This document shows, piece after piece, positions 19,329-29,900 of a stretch of 64,000 nucleotides of DNA. The stretch lies in contig UYFQ01000023.1 in NCBI GenBank assembly GCA_900617105.1, positions 496,001 through 560,000 of the forward strand, in the 5' to 3' direction. Both the position numbers and the translations under genes were made by a program. The DNA comes from Hydrurus foetidus (lineage: Eukaryota). The notes under the pieces were generated by a model. The model made no database searches. It was not told where the DNA came from and saw only the letters and a program-made list of their open reading frames with translations. Numbering within the stretch: position 1 is the first letter of the stretch; each line of letters opens with the position of its first letter.

Positions 19329-21656
19329 TCAGGCCGCCTCAACCTTCACGCAATCCGCAAAGTAATGCGGCTTGCCGTCTGCGCCTTCTTCTTCCACCAA
19401 GCCATGCACATCGGTTTCAAACCCTGGGCATTCGGCGTTGAAAGCGCGGGCGAACTTCAAATAATCCACGATCTTTTTGTTGAACACTTCGCCGGGGATC
19501 AGCAAGGGGATGCCCGGTGGGTAGGGTGTGATCATGCTGGTGGCGATGCGGCCTTCGAGCTGGTCGATAGGCACGCGCTCGGTCTTGCGGTGAGCGATGT
19601 AGGCGTAGGCATCGCTGGGTTTCATGGCGGGCTCCAAGTCGCCTAAGTACATCTCGGTCGTCAAGCGGGCGATGTCGTACTTGGCATACATCCCATGCAC
19701 ATGCTGTGACAGGTCTTTCAAACCCATGCGCTCGTAGCGTTTGTGGGCTTGGCAGAACTCGGGCAGGATGCGCCACATGGGCTGGTTTTTGTCGTAATCG
19801 TCTTTGAACTGCTGCAAGGCCGTCAGCAGCGAGTTCCAGCGGCCCTTGGTGATGCCGATGGTGAACATGATGAAGAAGCTGTACAGACCCGTCTTCTCCA
19901 CGATCACACCGTGTTCCGCCAAGAATTTGGTGACGATGCTGGCGGGGATGCCGGTGGGTGCAAACTTGCCGTTCAAATCCAAACCGGGGGTGACGATGGT
20001 GGATTTGATGGGGTCAAGCATGTTGAAGCCATCGGCCAAATCGCCAAAACCGTGCCAATTGGCGGCGGTGGTGGCGTTGGCTTTTTTGCTGCTGCGCTTG
20101 GTGGCTTTCTCTGCTTTTTCGGCTTTCTCACCTTTGATGATCCAGGCATCAGCGCGGCCAATGCCCTCTTCCACCAGCGTGTCTGGCCCCCAGACTTTGA
20201 ACCACCAGTCGTTGCCGTATTCCTCGTCCACCTTGCGCATGGCGCGGCGGAAATCCAGCGCTTCCATGATCGACTCTTCAACCAGCGCGGTGCCACCGGG
20301 TGGCTCCATCATGGCAGCGGCCACGTCGCAGCTGGCGATGATGGCGTACTGCGGGCTGGTGCTGGTGTGCATCAAATACGCTTCGTTGAACAGATGGCGG
20401 TCCAGCTTGCGGTTTTGCGAATCCTGCACCAGGACATGGCTGGCTTGGCTGATGCCGGCCAGCAGTTTGTGGGTGGATTGAGTGGAGAACACCAGCGCCT
20501 CTTTGGGCCGCGCCCGCTTCTTGCCCATCGCGTGGTAGGGGCCGTAGAAGGGGTGGAAGGCGGCGTGGGGCAGCCATGCTTCGTCAAAGTGCAGCGTGTC
20601 CACGTAGCCATCAAGCATGTTCTTGATGGTTTCGGTGTTGTAGATCACGCCGTCGTAAGTGCTTTGCGTCAGCGTCATGATGCGCGGCTTGACGGTATCG
20701 GCATCCACACCTTTGAGCAGTGGGTTGGCGCGGATTTTGGCCTTGATGGCTTCAGGCTCGAACTCGCTTTGCGGAATCGGGCCGATGATGCCGAAATGGT
20801 TGCGCGTGGGCTTCAAAAACACGGGGATGGCCCCGGTCATGATGATGGCGTGCAGGTTGGATTTGTGGCAATTGCGGTCAACCACCACCACGTCACCAGG
20901 GGCGACGGTGTGGTGCCAGACCATCTTGTTGCTGGTGCTGGTGCCGTTGGTGACAAAGAAACAGTGGTCAGCGTTGAAGATACGCGCAGCATTGCGCTCA
21001 GACGCGGCGATAGGGCCCGTGTGGTCAAGCAGCTGACCCAACTCTTCCACGGCATTGCACACGTCAGCACGCAGCATGTTCTCACCGAAAAACTGATGGA
21101 ACATCTGGCCAACCGGGCTTTTCAGGAAGGCAACACCACCGGAATGGCCGGGGCAGTGCCAAGAGTACGAGCCGTCTTCGGCGTAGTCCAGCAAGGCTTT
21201 GAAGAACGGCGGCTGCACGCTTTCCAGGTAGCTTTTGGCTTCGCGGATGATGTGGCGGGCCACGAACTCGGGCGTGTCCTCAAACATGTGGATAAAGCCA
21301 TGCAGCTCACGCAAGATGTCGTTGGGAATGTGGCGCGAGGTCTTGGTTTCGCCGTAAACGTAGATGGGCACATCCAGATTTTTACGGCGCACCTCTTCGA
21401 TGAAGGTGCGCAGGTTAAGCACCGCAGGATCCAGATCAGGGCCAGGGGTGAATTCTTCATCGTCAATCGACAAAATGAAGGCACTGGCGCGAGATTGCTG
21501 CTGCGCAAACTGGCTCAAATCACCATAACTGGTGACACCCAGCACCTCGAAACCTTCGCTCGTGATCGCATCAGCCAACGCACGGATACCGAGGCCCGAG
21601 GTGTTGTCGGTGCGAAAGTCTTCATCAATGATGACGATGGGAAAACGAAATTTCAT
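19329..21656 (-). CDS. Arginine/lysine/ornithine decarboxylase (fold I, wing domain)
   Basis: WHCPGHSGG, FVTNGTSTSNK, DRNCHKS, HFDEAW, STQSTHKLL PLP-lysine, PYPPGIP. Confidence 0.95.
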   Translation of the reverse strand: MKFRFPIVIIDEDFRTDNTSGLGIRALADAITSEGFEVLGVTSYGDLSQFAQQQSRASAFILSIDDEEFTPGPDLDPAVLNLRTFIEEVRRKNLDVPIYVYGETKTSRHIPNDILRELHGFIHMFEDTPEFVARHIIREAKSYLESVQPPFFKALLDYAEDGSYSWHCPGHSGGVAFLKSPVGQMFHQFFGENMLRADVCNAVEELGQLLDHTGPIAASERNAARIFNADHCFFVTNGTSTSNKMVWHHTVAPGDVVVVDRNCHKSNLHAIIMTGAIPVFLKPTRNHFGIIGPIPQSEFEPEAIKAKIRANPLLKGVDADTVKPRIMTLTQSTYDGVIYNTETIKNMLDGYVDTLHFDEAWLPHAAFHPFYGPYHAMGKKRARPKEALVFSTQSTHKLLAGISQASHVLVQDSQNRKLDRHLFNEAYLMHTSTSPQYAIIASCDVAAAMMEPPGGTALVEESIMEALDFRRAMRKVDEEYGNDWWFKVWGPDTLVEEGIGRADAWIIKGEKAEKAEKATKRSSKKANATTAANWHGFGDLADGFNMLDPIKSTIVTPGLDLNGKFAPTGIPASIVTKFLAEHGVIVEKTGLYSFFIMFTIGITKGRWNSLLTALQQFKDDYDKNQPMWRILPEFCQAHKRYERMGLKDLSQHVHGMYAKYDIARLTTEMYLGDLEPAMKPSDAYAYIAHRKTERVPIDQLEGRIATSMITPYPPGIPLLIPGEVFNKKIVDYLKFARAFNAECPGFETDVHGLVEEEGADGKPHYFADCVKVEAA

Positions 21657-21814
21657 GCAGCGCTCCGAGAGGCAAGGCGTGGGCCAAATTGATATAAGAG
21701 GGGCGAAGTGTAAGGAATTAATAAGTCAAATAAACCAATGCGCCTTGCATCCCCGCCGTTTGGGCACAAAATGTGGCGCATCACAGACAAAGCACAAACA
21801 AAGGGGGTTAGAAA

Positions 21815-22246
21815 ATGAGTCAATCTACGGTGTGGTGGGTACTGGCAGGGGGTTTGGTAGGCATTGAAATGCTGACGGGCACCTTCTACTTGCTGATGGT
21901 CGCCATAGGTGCTGCTGCCGGTGCGCTGGCCGCCCATGCAGGCGTGGGCGTAACGGCCCAAATTGTTATCGCCGCCTTACTGGGTGGGGGTGCAGTCGCT
22001 TTGTGGCACTGGAAAAAAGCCCACAGCCCGGCCACGCTGCGGGCCACGGCCAACAAGGATGTGAATATGGACATTGGCGGCACGGTTCAGGTAGACGCTT
22101 GGGATGCCGCGCAGCACACCACCGTGCGCTACCGAGGTGCCGATTGGGCCGCCAGTCTCGTGCCGGGTGCCGTTGCGCAGGCCGGTACGCACCGCATTGT
22201 TGAGGTGCTGGGCAGCCGCTTGATAGTGGCGCCCTCTACCCTTTGA
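21815..22246 (+). CDS. NfeD-family membrane protein
   Basis: IEMLTGTFYLL TM segment, C-terminal OB-like VRYRGADW; upstream of SPFH gene. Confidence 0.88.
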   Translation: MSQSTVWWVLAGGLVGIEMLTGTFYLLMVAIGAAAGALAAHAGVGVTAQIVIAALLGGGAVALWHWKKAHSPATLRATANKDVNMDIGGTVQVDAWDAAQHTTVRYRGADWAASLVPGAVAQAGTHRIVEVLGSRLIVAPSTL

Positions 22247-22298
22247 GTTATTTTTAATTTTTTTCGCTTTACCGCTCACTCACTATAGAAAGTTTGCT

Positions 22299-23213
22299 AT
22301 GGAATTTGCACTTATTCTGCTGGTTATTGCCGTTATCTTCATCGTCCGATCACTCAAAGTGGTGCCGCAGCAAAACGCCTGGGTCGTTGAGCGGCTGGGC
22401 AAATACCACAGCACGCTGACACCAGGGCTGAACATCTTGGTGCCCTTTGTGGACAACGTGGCCTACAAGCATTCGCTGAAAGAAATCGCGCTCGATGTGC
22501 CCAGCCAGGTCTGCATCACCCGCGACAACACGCAGTTGCAAGTAGACGGGATTTTGTATTTCCAAGTCACTGACCCGATGCGTGCCAGCTACGGCTCGTC
22601 GAACTACATCATGGCCATCACCCAATTGGCGCAAACCACACTGCGCTCGGTGATTGGCAAGTTGGAGCTGGACAAAACCTTTGAAGAGCGTGCCACCATC
22701 AACCACACCGTGGTCACCGCCATTGACGAGGCGGCGCTGAACTGGGGCGTGAAGGTGCTGCGCTACGAGATCAAAGACCTGACACCACCCAAAGAAATTT
22801 TGCACGCGATGCAGCAGCAAATCACCGCTGAACGCGAAAAACGGGCACTGATTGCCGCCTCAGAAGGCCGCCGCCAAGAGCAAATCAACATTGCCACCGG
22901 CGAGCGTGAGGCCTCCATCGCCCGCTCTGAGGGTGAAAAGCAAGCCGTCATCAACAAAGCGCAGGGCGAGGCGGCCTCCATCACCGCCGTGGCCGATGCC
23001 ACAGCCAGCGCCATCGAGCGCATCGCCAGGGCAATCCGCCAACCCGGCGGCGCAGAGGCCGTGCAGTTGAAAGTAGCAGAAAGAGCCGTGGACGCTTACA
23101 GCCGCGTCGCCAGCGATGCCACCACCACGCTCATCGTGCCCAGCGACATGAACCAAATCGCCAGCCTGATCGGCTCAGCCATGAAGCTGACCCAGGCCAG
23201 TAAAGCCAGTTAA
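22299..23213 (+). CDS. SPFH/stomatin-like (QmcA-like) protein
   Basis: VVERLGKY, ITRDN, LRSVIGKLELDKTFEER, WGVKVLRYEIKD, AEREKRA. Confidence 0.93.
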   Translation: MEFALILLVIAVIFIVRSLKVVPQQNAWVVERLGKYHSTLTPGLNILVPFVDNVAYKHSLKEIALDVPSQVCITRDNTQLQVDGILYFQVTDPMRASYGSSNYIMAITQLAQTTLRSVIGKLELDKTFEERATINHTVVTAIDEAALNWGVKVLRYEIKDLTPPKEILHAMQQQITAEREKRALIAASEGRRQEQINIATGEREASIARSEGEKQAVINKAQGEAASITAVADATASAIERIARAIRQPGGAEAVQLKVAERAVDAYSRVASDATTTLIVPSDMNQIASLIGSAMKLTQASKAS

Positions 23214-23253
23214 TTGAAAGGCCTAAGACTGCTGCTAGAATAGAGGGCTACGC

Positions 23254-23343
23254 GGAACGGTGGATGAGCGGTTTAAGTCACACGCCTGGAAAGCGTGCGA
23301 GGGGTTATACCCTCCGCGGGTTCGAATCCCGCCTGTTCCGCCA
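23254..23343 (+). tRNA. tRNA-Ser(GGA)
   Basis: Acceptor GGAACGG/CTGTTCC + G-CCA; anticodon arm CACGC-CTGGAAA-GCGTG; long variable arm; GGTTCGAATCC T-loop. Confidence 0.95.
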
Positions 23344-23377
23344 GAAAAACTCTTGCAAGTCTTTGATTTACAAGTTC

Positions 23378-23405
23378 AAAAAAGCCACCGCAAGGTGGCT
23401 TTTTT
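23378..23405 (+). terminator. Rho-independent terminator after the tRNA
   Basis: AAAAAAGCCACC-GCAA-GGTGGCTTTTTT. Confidence 0.85.
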
Positions 23406-23488
23406 GTTTTCTAGTCCCCAAAATGGCAAGCCATGACAACACCAGGCTAATGCTGACATCCGGCAAGCCCAAGAAGCCTACAAGATAA

Positions 23489-25765
23489 ATGGACTACCAA
23501 GAGCTCAAACAACTGGAAGACGACTTGTGGGAGGCGGCAGACCAGCTTCGCGCTAACTCAAAGCTCACCGCCAGCGAATACTCCATGCCCGTTCTGGGCC
23601 TGATCTTTTTGCGCCACGCGGCCACACGCTACAACGCGCTGCTGCCCGAGATTGAAAAGACTGTTTTGCCGCGCCTGACAGGCCAATTGCGCGAAGACCG
23701 CATCAAGCTGGGCTTTCAAGGCAAGGCCGCCATCTACCTGCCAGAAATTGCACGATACGACCATCTGGCCGCACTGCCTGCAGACAGCAACATTGGCGAA
23801 GCCTTGCGCGCCGCCATGATTGCCATTGAAGACTCTGTCACCGACCAAAAAGGCCAGAAGCTGCTGGAAGGAGCGCTGCCCAAAGACTATTTGGGGCTGG
23901 AGCAAGACCTGCTGGCCGAGCTGATCAAAATCTTCAACCGCCCTGCCTTGCAAACAGCCAAGGGTGATGTGTTTGGCCGCATTTACGAATACTTTCTGAA
24001 CCAGTTCGCCCAAAGCGGCGCACAAGAAGGTGGCGAATTCTTCACACCGCCCAGCCTGGTGCGCATGATTGTGAACGTGATAGAGCCTGACCACGGCACC
24101 GTGCTTGACCCGGCCTGCGGGTCAGCAGGTATGTTCGTGCAAACCGGGCACTTCATTGAAGAGGTGCACCACAAAAGCACCAATGAAGTAGACATCACCT
24201 TTTACGGACAAGAAAAGGCAGAACTCAATAGCAAGCTCGCCCGCATGAACTTGGCTGTACATGGGCTGGAAGGCAACATCCGCATTGGTAACACGTTCTA
24301 CGAAGACCATCACCAATTGGTAGGCGCGTGTGACTTCGTCATGGCCAATCCGCCTTTCAATGTGGATGGCGTGCAGGTTACCAAAATCAAACACCAGGTG
24401 GGTGAAAACCAAAGCGGCCGCCTGCCATTTGGCCTGCCTGGCATTGCGGGAAAATCCAAAGGCAACGCCAGCGGCGTAGGTGGAACCAGCGGCTCCACAG
24501 AGACCATCTCCAACGCCAACAGCCTGTGGGTGCAATACTTTTACAGCTACTTGAACGACACGGGCCGCGCAGGCTTTGTCATGGCCTCCAGCGCATCAGA
24601 CGCAGGTAACAAAGACAAAGATATCCGCCAGAAGCTCGTTGAAACCGGCCACGTGGACGTGATGATCTCCATCGGCCCCAAATTCTTTTACACCCGCAGC
24701 CTGCCCTGCACCCTGTGGTTCTTTGACAAAGGCAAGCCAGAGGATTTGCTGGACACTGTGCTGATGATTGACGCACGCAACGTCTACACCGTCATGTCGG
24801 CACGCTCGCATGTGTTCACCGACGAGCAACTGGCCAACCTCACCGCCATCACCTGGCTGTACCGGGGTGAGCACGACAAGTTTGAAGCCCTGGTGGGCGG
24901 CTACCAAAACAAAGTGGCCCATTGGCTGGGCGAATTGCCCCGGCGCTTGGAGCAAGACAGCTTCCATGTGGTGGACTTGAGCGCAGCCCTGGTCAAGTTG
25001 GCCAAAGCCACTGCCGACGAGGCTGCTGTGACAGCCGCTCGCGCCAAGCAGGGCGATGAGCATGGCTTGACGGACGAATTGCTGGCCAGCTTTCAGGCCG
25101 AATTGGCCAAGGTACAAGCCGATGCCACCGCCTGGAACACCAGCATCCAAGCCGCCACCCAGGCTGCAGCCAAACTGGTGCCCACCATCCTGCGGCGCAA
25201 TGTGCACCTGAGCTTCAAAGACATCAAAGCCCTGCAAGCCAAAATAGAAGCCATCAGCCCTGCGCTGAAAGACGGTCTGGCTGCGCTAGAGGCCAGACAC
25301 AAAGCCTGGCTCAAATTGCTGGACATGGCCGAAAAACAACTTCGCGCCCGCCAATGGCCCGCCTTCGATGCAGACACCGCCCGAGAAGCCAAAAAAGCGT
25401 TGCTGCCCCGCGACCCCAAAAAACGCGAACAACCCACCGCCCGCGACAAATCCATAGAAGCCTTCAAACGCGCCAGCTACTTCATCAGCCAAGCCCATTG
25501 GTTGCTGTCACGCTTCCCGAATGGTTTCTACGGCGACGTGCCAGGGCTGTGCAAGGCCGTCACGAAAGAAGAGGTTGCAGCGAACGACTATTCACTGACA
25601 CCGGGGCGGTATGTGGGCGCGGCGATAGGCGTTCAGGATGACGATGAAGGCGGAGCGTTTGTGGCACGCATGCGGGAGATTCACGATGAACTTGCTGAAC
25701 TCAATGCAAAGGCCAATGATTTTGCAACTGCAATTCAAGTGCGCCTTTTGGAGTTGATGGAATGA
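23489..25765 (+). CDS. hsdM: Type I RM methyltransferase subunit (long form)
   Basis: LWEAADQLR, GEFFTP, DPACGSAG (motif I), NPPF (motif IV), YSLTPGRYVG. Confidence 0.95.
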   Translation: MDYQELKQLEDDLWEAADQLRANSKLTASEYSMPVLGLIFLRHAATRYNALLPEIEKTVLPRLTGQLREDRIKLGFQGKAAIYLPEIARYDHLAALPADSNIGEALRAAMIAIEDSVTDQKGQKLLEGALPKDYLGLEQDLLAELIKIFNRPALQTAKGDVFGRIYEYFLNQFAQSGAQEGGEFFTPPSLVRMIVNVIEPDHGTVLDPACGSAGMFVQTGHFIEEVHHKSTNEVDITFYGQEKAELNSKLARMNLAVHGLEGNIRIGNTFYEDHHQLVGACDFVMANPPFNVDGVQVTKIKHQVGENQSGRLPFGLPGIAGKSKGNASGVGGTSGSTETISNANSLWVQYFYSYLNDTGRAGFVMASSASDAGNKDKDIRQKLVETGHVDVMISIGPKFFYTRSLPCTLWFFDKGKPEDLLDTVLMIDARNVYTVMSARSHVFTDEQLANLTAITWLYRGEHDKFEALVGGYQNKVAHWLGELPRRLEQDSFHVVDLSAALVKLAKATADEAAVTAARAKQGDEHGLTDELLASFQAELAKVQADATAWNTSIQAATQAAAKLVPTILRRNVHLSFKDIKALQAKIEAISPALKDGLAALEARHKAWLKLLDMAEKQLRARQWPAFDADTAREAKKALLPRDPKKREQPTARDKSIEAFKRASYFISQAHWLLSRFPNGFYGDVPGLCKAVTKEEVAANDYSLTPGRYVGAAIGVQDDDEGGAFVARMREIHDELAELNAKANDFATAIQVRLLELME

Positions 25766-26976
25766 CTTGGCGCACAGCAAGGCTTGGGCAAGGACTTCGC
25801 GTCAAGCATGGTTTTGCGTTCAAAGGAGAGTTTTTCGCAAAAGAAGGCGAATTGATAGTGGTCACACCAGGTAACTTTCTTGAGAAAGGCGGCTTCCGGG
25901 TACGGCAAGGAAAGGAACGTTTTTACACGAGTGATTTCCCGGAGACATATCTCCTGGAAAAAGACGATCTTATTGTTGCCATGACAGAGCAAGGTGAAGG
26001 GCTGCTTGGCAGCGCCGCTCGAATTCCTGCGGATAAAGCCTATCTCCACAATCAACGCATCGGACTTGTGCAGGTCACGGATGAATCGCTTTTCAACAAA
26101 CAATATCTATATTGGCTTTTCAACTGGCGCACAGTTCGGGAGCAAATACGTGGCTCAGCCACTGGCACCAAAGTCAAACACACTGCCCCTGAGCGAATTT
26201 ACAAGGTAGAAATTTCACTCCCGACACTGAACGAGCAAGTCCGAATTGCTGAATTGCTGGACGGTTACGACGACCTCATCGAAATCAACCGCCGCCGCAT
26301 AGCCTTGCTGGAAGAGTCGGCAAGATTGCTGTATCGGGAGTGGTTTGTAGATTTGCGGTTTCCAGGGCATACGTCAGAGATGAAACGTGATGGCTTTCCG
26401 GCAAGTTGGCAACAAAAGAAACTCATCGAAATTGCCACCGTCAATCAATCTAGCTTGGGCGCTAAAACGAAGCTTGAGACGATCCAATACCTTGACATAG
26501 CCTCCGTTGAAACAGGTGTAATTTTGGGCGCAACACCGATGGCGTTTTGCGATGCGCCAGGTCGGGCACGTCGGCTAGTCCAGCACGGCGACGTAATTTG
26601 GTCTTGTGTCAGGCCAAACAGAAAATCGTATGCATTCATCTGGAACCCGGATGACGATTTAGTGGTGTCTACGGGGTTTGCGGTACTCACTGCAAACTTG
26701 GTTCCTTTCACGTATCTCTATTTCGCAACAACATCAGACACCTTTGTTTCATACCTGACCAACCGGGCAACTGGGGCGGCATACCCCGCTGTTTCAGGCA
26801 GAGACTTTGAGGAAGCCGATATATGGTGTCCGCCTGATACATTGCTCAGGGAATTTCACTCGCGCTGCCTGCCTATGCTGGATTTAAAAAATAATCTGCT
26901 TTTGCAAAATGCTCAGTTGATTTCCGCCCGCGACGAACTTCTTCCCCGCCTCATGTCCGGTCAGATCAAAGTCTAA
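25762..26976 (+). CDS. hsdS: Type I RM specificity subunit
   Basis: Two TRDs with conserved spacers (LPTLNEQVRIA..YREWF; RDELLPRLMSGQI); ATGA overlap with hsdM. Confidence 0.93.
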   Translation: MTWRTARLGQGLRVKHGFAFKGEFFAKEGELIVVTPGNFLEKGGFRVRQGKERFYTSDFPETYLLEKDDLIVAMTEQGEGLLGSAARIPADKAYLHNQRIGLVQVTDESLFNKQYLYWLFNWRTVREQIRGSATGTKVKHTAPERIYKVEISLPTLNEQVRIAELLDGYDDLIEINRRRIALLEESARLLYREWFVDLRFPGHTSEMKRDGFPASWQQKKLIEIATVNQSSLGAKTKLETIQYLDIASVETGVILGATPMAFCDAPGRARRLVQHGDVIWSCVRPNRKSYAFIWNPDDDLVVSTGFAVLTANLVPFTYLYFATTSDTFVSYLTNRATGAAYPAVSGRDFEEADIWCPPDTLLREFHSRCLPMLDLKNNLLLQNAQLISARDELLPRLMSGQIKV

Positions 26977-26996
26977 AAACGCCCCAAAGGGAACGC

Positions 26997-29900
26997 ATGG
27001 TCACCAGCTATTCGGAAGATAACAACATCCAAGAGCCTGTGGCCAAGATGTTTGAGGAGCATTTGGATTGGCGCTCGCTCTATGCGTTCAATGCGGAGAC
27101 TTTTGGCCCCGGTTCCCTGCTGGGGCGCAAAGACGCGACTGAGGTGGTGCTGGTGCGGGAACTGGACGCGGCCCTGGCGCGGCTGAATCCGAAACTTGCG
27201 GACACACCGCAGGGGCACACCAAGCTGAGTTTGGCACGCGATGCGCTGCTGGATGCAGACCCTACCAAAACGCTGCTGCAACACAACGAAGCCAAATGGA
27301 AGCTGATGCGCGATGGCATCACGCTGCGCTCGCCCAGCGGCAGCGCGGCTGAGGATGCGCACATCAAGGTGATTGACTTCAACAACCCCGGTGCCAACGA
27401 CTTTTTGGTCGTGCGGGAGTTGTGGGTCAAGCATGGCCCGTACACCAAGCGTTGCGACATCGTGGGCTTTGTGAATGGCTTGCCGCTGGTCTTCATCGAA
27501 CTCAAGCGGCATGACAAGGGCTTGCAGGCCGCCTATGACGACAACTACCTGGACTACCGGGGTGCGCCGGATGGCAGTCATGAGGGCAGCATTCCGCACC
27601 TGTTCCATTACAACGCACTGGTGATCGTCTCTAATGGGCTGGATGCACGTTTTGGCTCCATCACCAGCAGCTGGGAGCATTTTTCCCGCTGGAAGCGGCT
27701 TAACGAAGACGATGGCGACCCAGCCCCCAAGCATGACAAGCCCCCCTTGGTGCCTGTGCTGCCCATCCTGCTGCGTGGCATGTGCACCAAGGGTGCATTG
27801 CTGGACATTGTGGAGAACTTCACCCTGTTTGACAGCAGCGAAGAGACCACGCACAAGGTGGTGGCACGCAACCACCAGTACATCGGCGTGAACAAGGTGA
27901 TTGCCAAGCTCAAGGCCGAAGGGCCCGAGGTGCTGGCGGGCAAGCTGGGCGTGTTCTGGCACACCCAAGGCAGTGGCAAGAGTTATTCGATGGTGTTCTT
28001 TTGCCAAAAGGTGCACCGCAAGGTGTCAGCGGCCTATACCTTTGTGTTGTTGACCGACCGCAAGGAACTGGACGAGCAGATTTACACCACCTTTGTGGGC
28101 TGCGGCGTGTCTACCAGCAAGGGCGACAAAGCGCCCGGCTGTGATGGGCTGGAGCGCTTGCTGAAGGATGAAAACCGCCGCTATGTGTTCAGCTTGATCC
28201 ACAAGTTTCAAAAGCGTGTAAAGACCCCGTGGAACCTGCGTAGCGATGTGATTGTGGTGTCAGACGAGGCCCACCGCACCCAGTATGGGCGGCTGGCGCA
28301 ACACATGCGCATGGCACTGGCCAAAGCCAAGTTCATTGGCTTCACGGGCACGCCCTTGATTGACGCGCACGAAAAGAGCATGACCGAGCAGGTTTTTGGC
28401 ACCTATGTTTCGGTGTATGACTTTCAGCACGCCGTGGCGGACGGCGCTACCCTGCCCTTGTATTACGAGAACCGGGGCAAGAAGCTGCGCATCGTGGACG
28501 ACGAGTTGAACAGGCGCATAGAAGAACGCATTGACGCAGCCCGCCAAGATGGCGAGTTGACCGAAGAACAAGAATCAAAACTGTACCGAGAGCTGGCCCG
28601 AGAGTACCCCGTGCTGACCGCAGATACGCGCCTGAATGATGTAGCCGCTGATTTTGTCAACCATTACCACCAACGCTGGCGGTTGATGGAAACCCCAGTC
28701 AAAGCCGGAGAGTTGCCAAGATACGGCGGCAATGCCAAGGCCATGCTGGTGTGCCTGGACAAGGTGACTTGCGCCAAGATGGCCAAGCTGATCAAAGGCA
28801 AATGGGATATGCAAAGACTGGTCTTGCAGGCCAAGCTGCAAGACGAAGAAGCACGGTTCGCTAAGGCCGCGATGCCAGAGTCAGCTTTTGTTAACCGCCT
28901 GCGTGCCCACATCGCCTGGATGGCGGACACCCAAATCCACCCCGTTTTCAGCCACGAACAAAACGAAATCAAAGAGTTTCAGGCTGAGAATATTGACGCT
29001 CGTCCGCTGCGGGAGGTCATCAAAAACGGGATTGGCGGCAAGTCCATTGAAAAGTGCTTTCAAGATGGCAAGCACCCCTTCCGGGTAGCCGTGGTGTGTG
29101 CCATGTGGCTCACGGGTTTTGATGTGAAGTCGCTGGCCACCCTGTACCTGGACAAGCCCATGAAAGGCCACACGCTGATGCAAGCCATTGCACGTGTCAA
29201 CCGCGTTGCCGCGCACAAAAAGAACGGTTTAGTGATTGGCTACAACGGCACGATCAAAAGCCTGCGCGAAGCAATGGCCACCTATGCGCAAAGTGACAAA
29301 GGCAGGCCCATCGACCCTCTGCTGGACGAAGACCAGGCATTGGCTGAATACGCCAACGCCATTGCCCATGTACAAGCGCATTTGGCCAGCGTGGGCTACC
29401 CATTGGATTCACTGGTGCGCGCCGAAAACGGCACTGAAAGCTGGGGGCAATTGTTGATTGCACGCAATGCCATCAGCACGACCGAAGAGACAAAGAAGAC
29501 GTTTTTGGTGTTGGCGGAAGATGTGTTTGACCGCTTTCGTGGACTCTTCCCCCATGAGGGCTTGTTCAAGTATGAGCCGCAAGAAAACGCCATTGCAGCC
29601 ATTTACAACCAGCTGCAAAAGCCAGGGAAGAAGCTCGACATATCGGCCATCATGCAGGAAATTCGTGGTGTGATTGACATGTCGTTGGACATGACACCAC
29701 ACAACCAAATCGATAAGCCCACCAAACAATACGACCTGAGCAAGATTGACTTTGAGCGCCTGCGTGTGGAATTCGCCAAGTCGCCGTACAAAGAAGCGGC
29801 TGTGTTGAGCTTGCAAGAGCGCATTCAGGCCCGGCTAGCGCTCATGATGCGGGCCAACCCGACCCGAATTGACCTGTACCAGCGGTATCAGGACATCATT

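Noticed and set aside
20060..20135. Lys/Ala-rich insert in the decarboxylase
   Set aside because: Probably a variable surface loop; frame and catalytic motifs are intact
19743..21692. 649-aa plus-strand ORF
   Set aside because: Antisense shadow of the decarboxylase; no motifs. Such shadows are common in GC-rich DNA.
23264..23488. 74-aa ORF upstream of hsdM
   Set aside because: Overlaps the tRNA-Ser and its terminator
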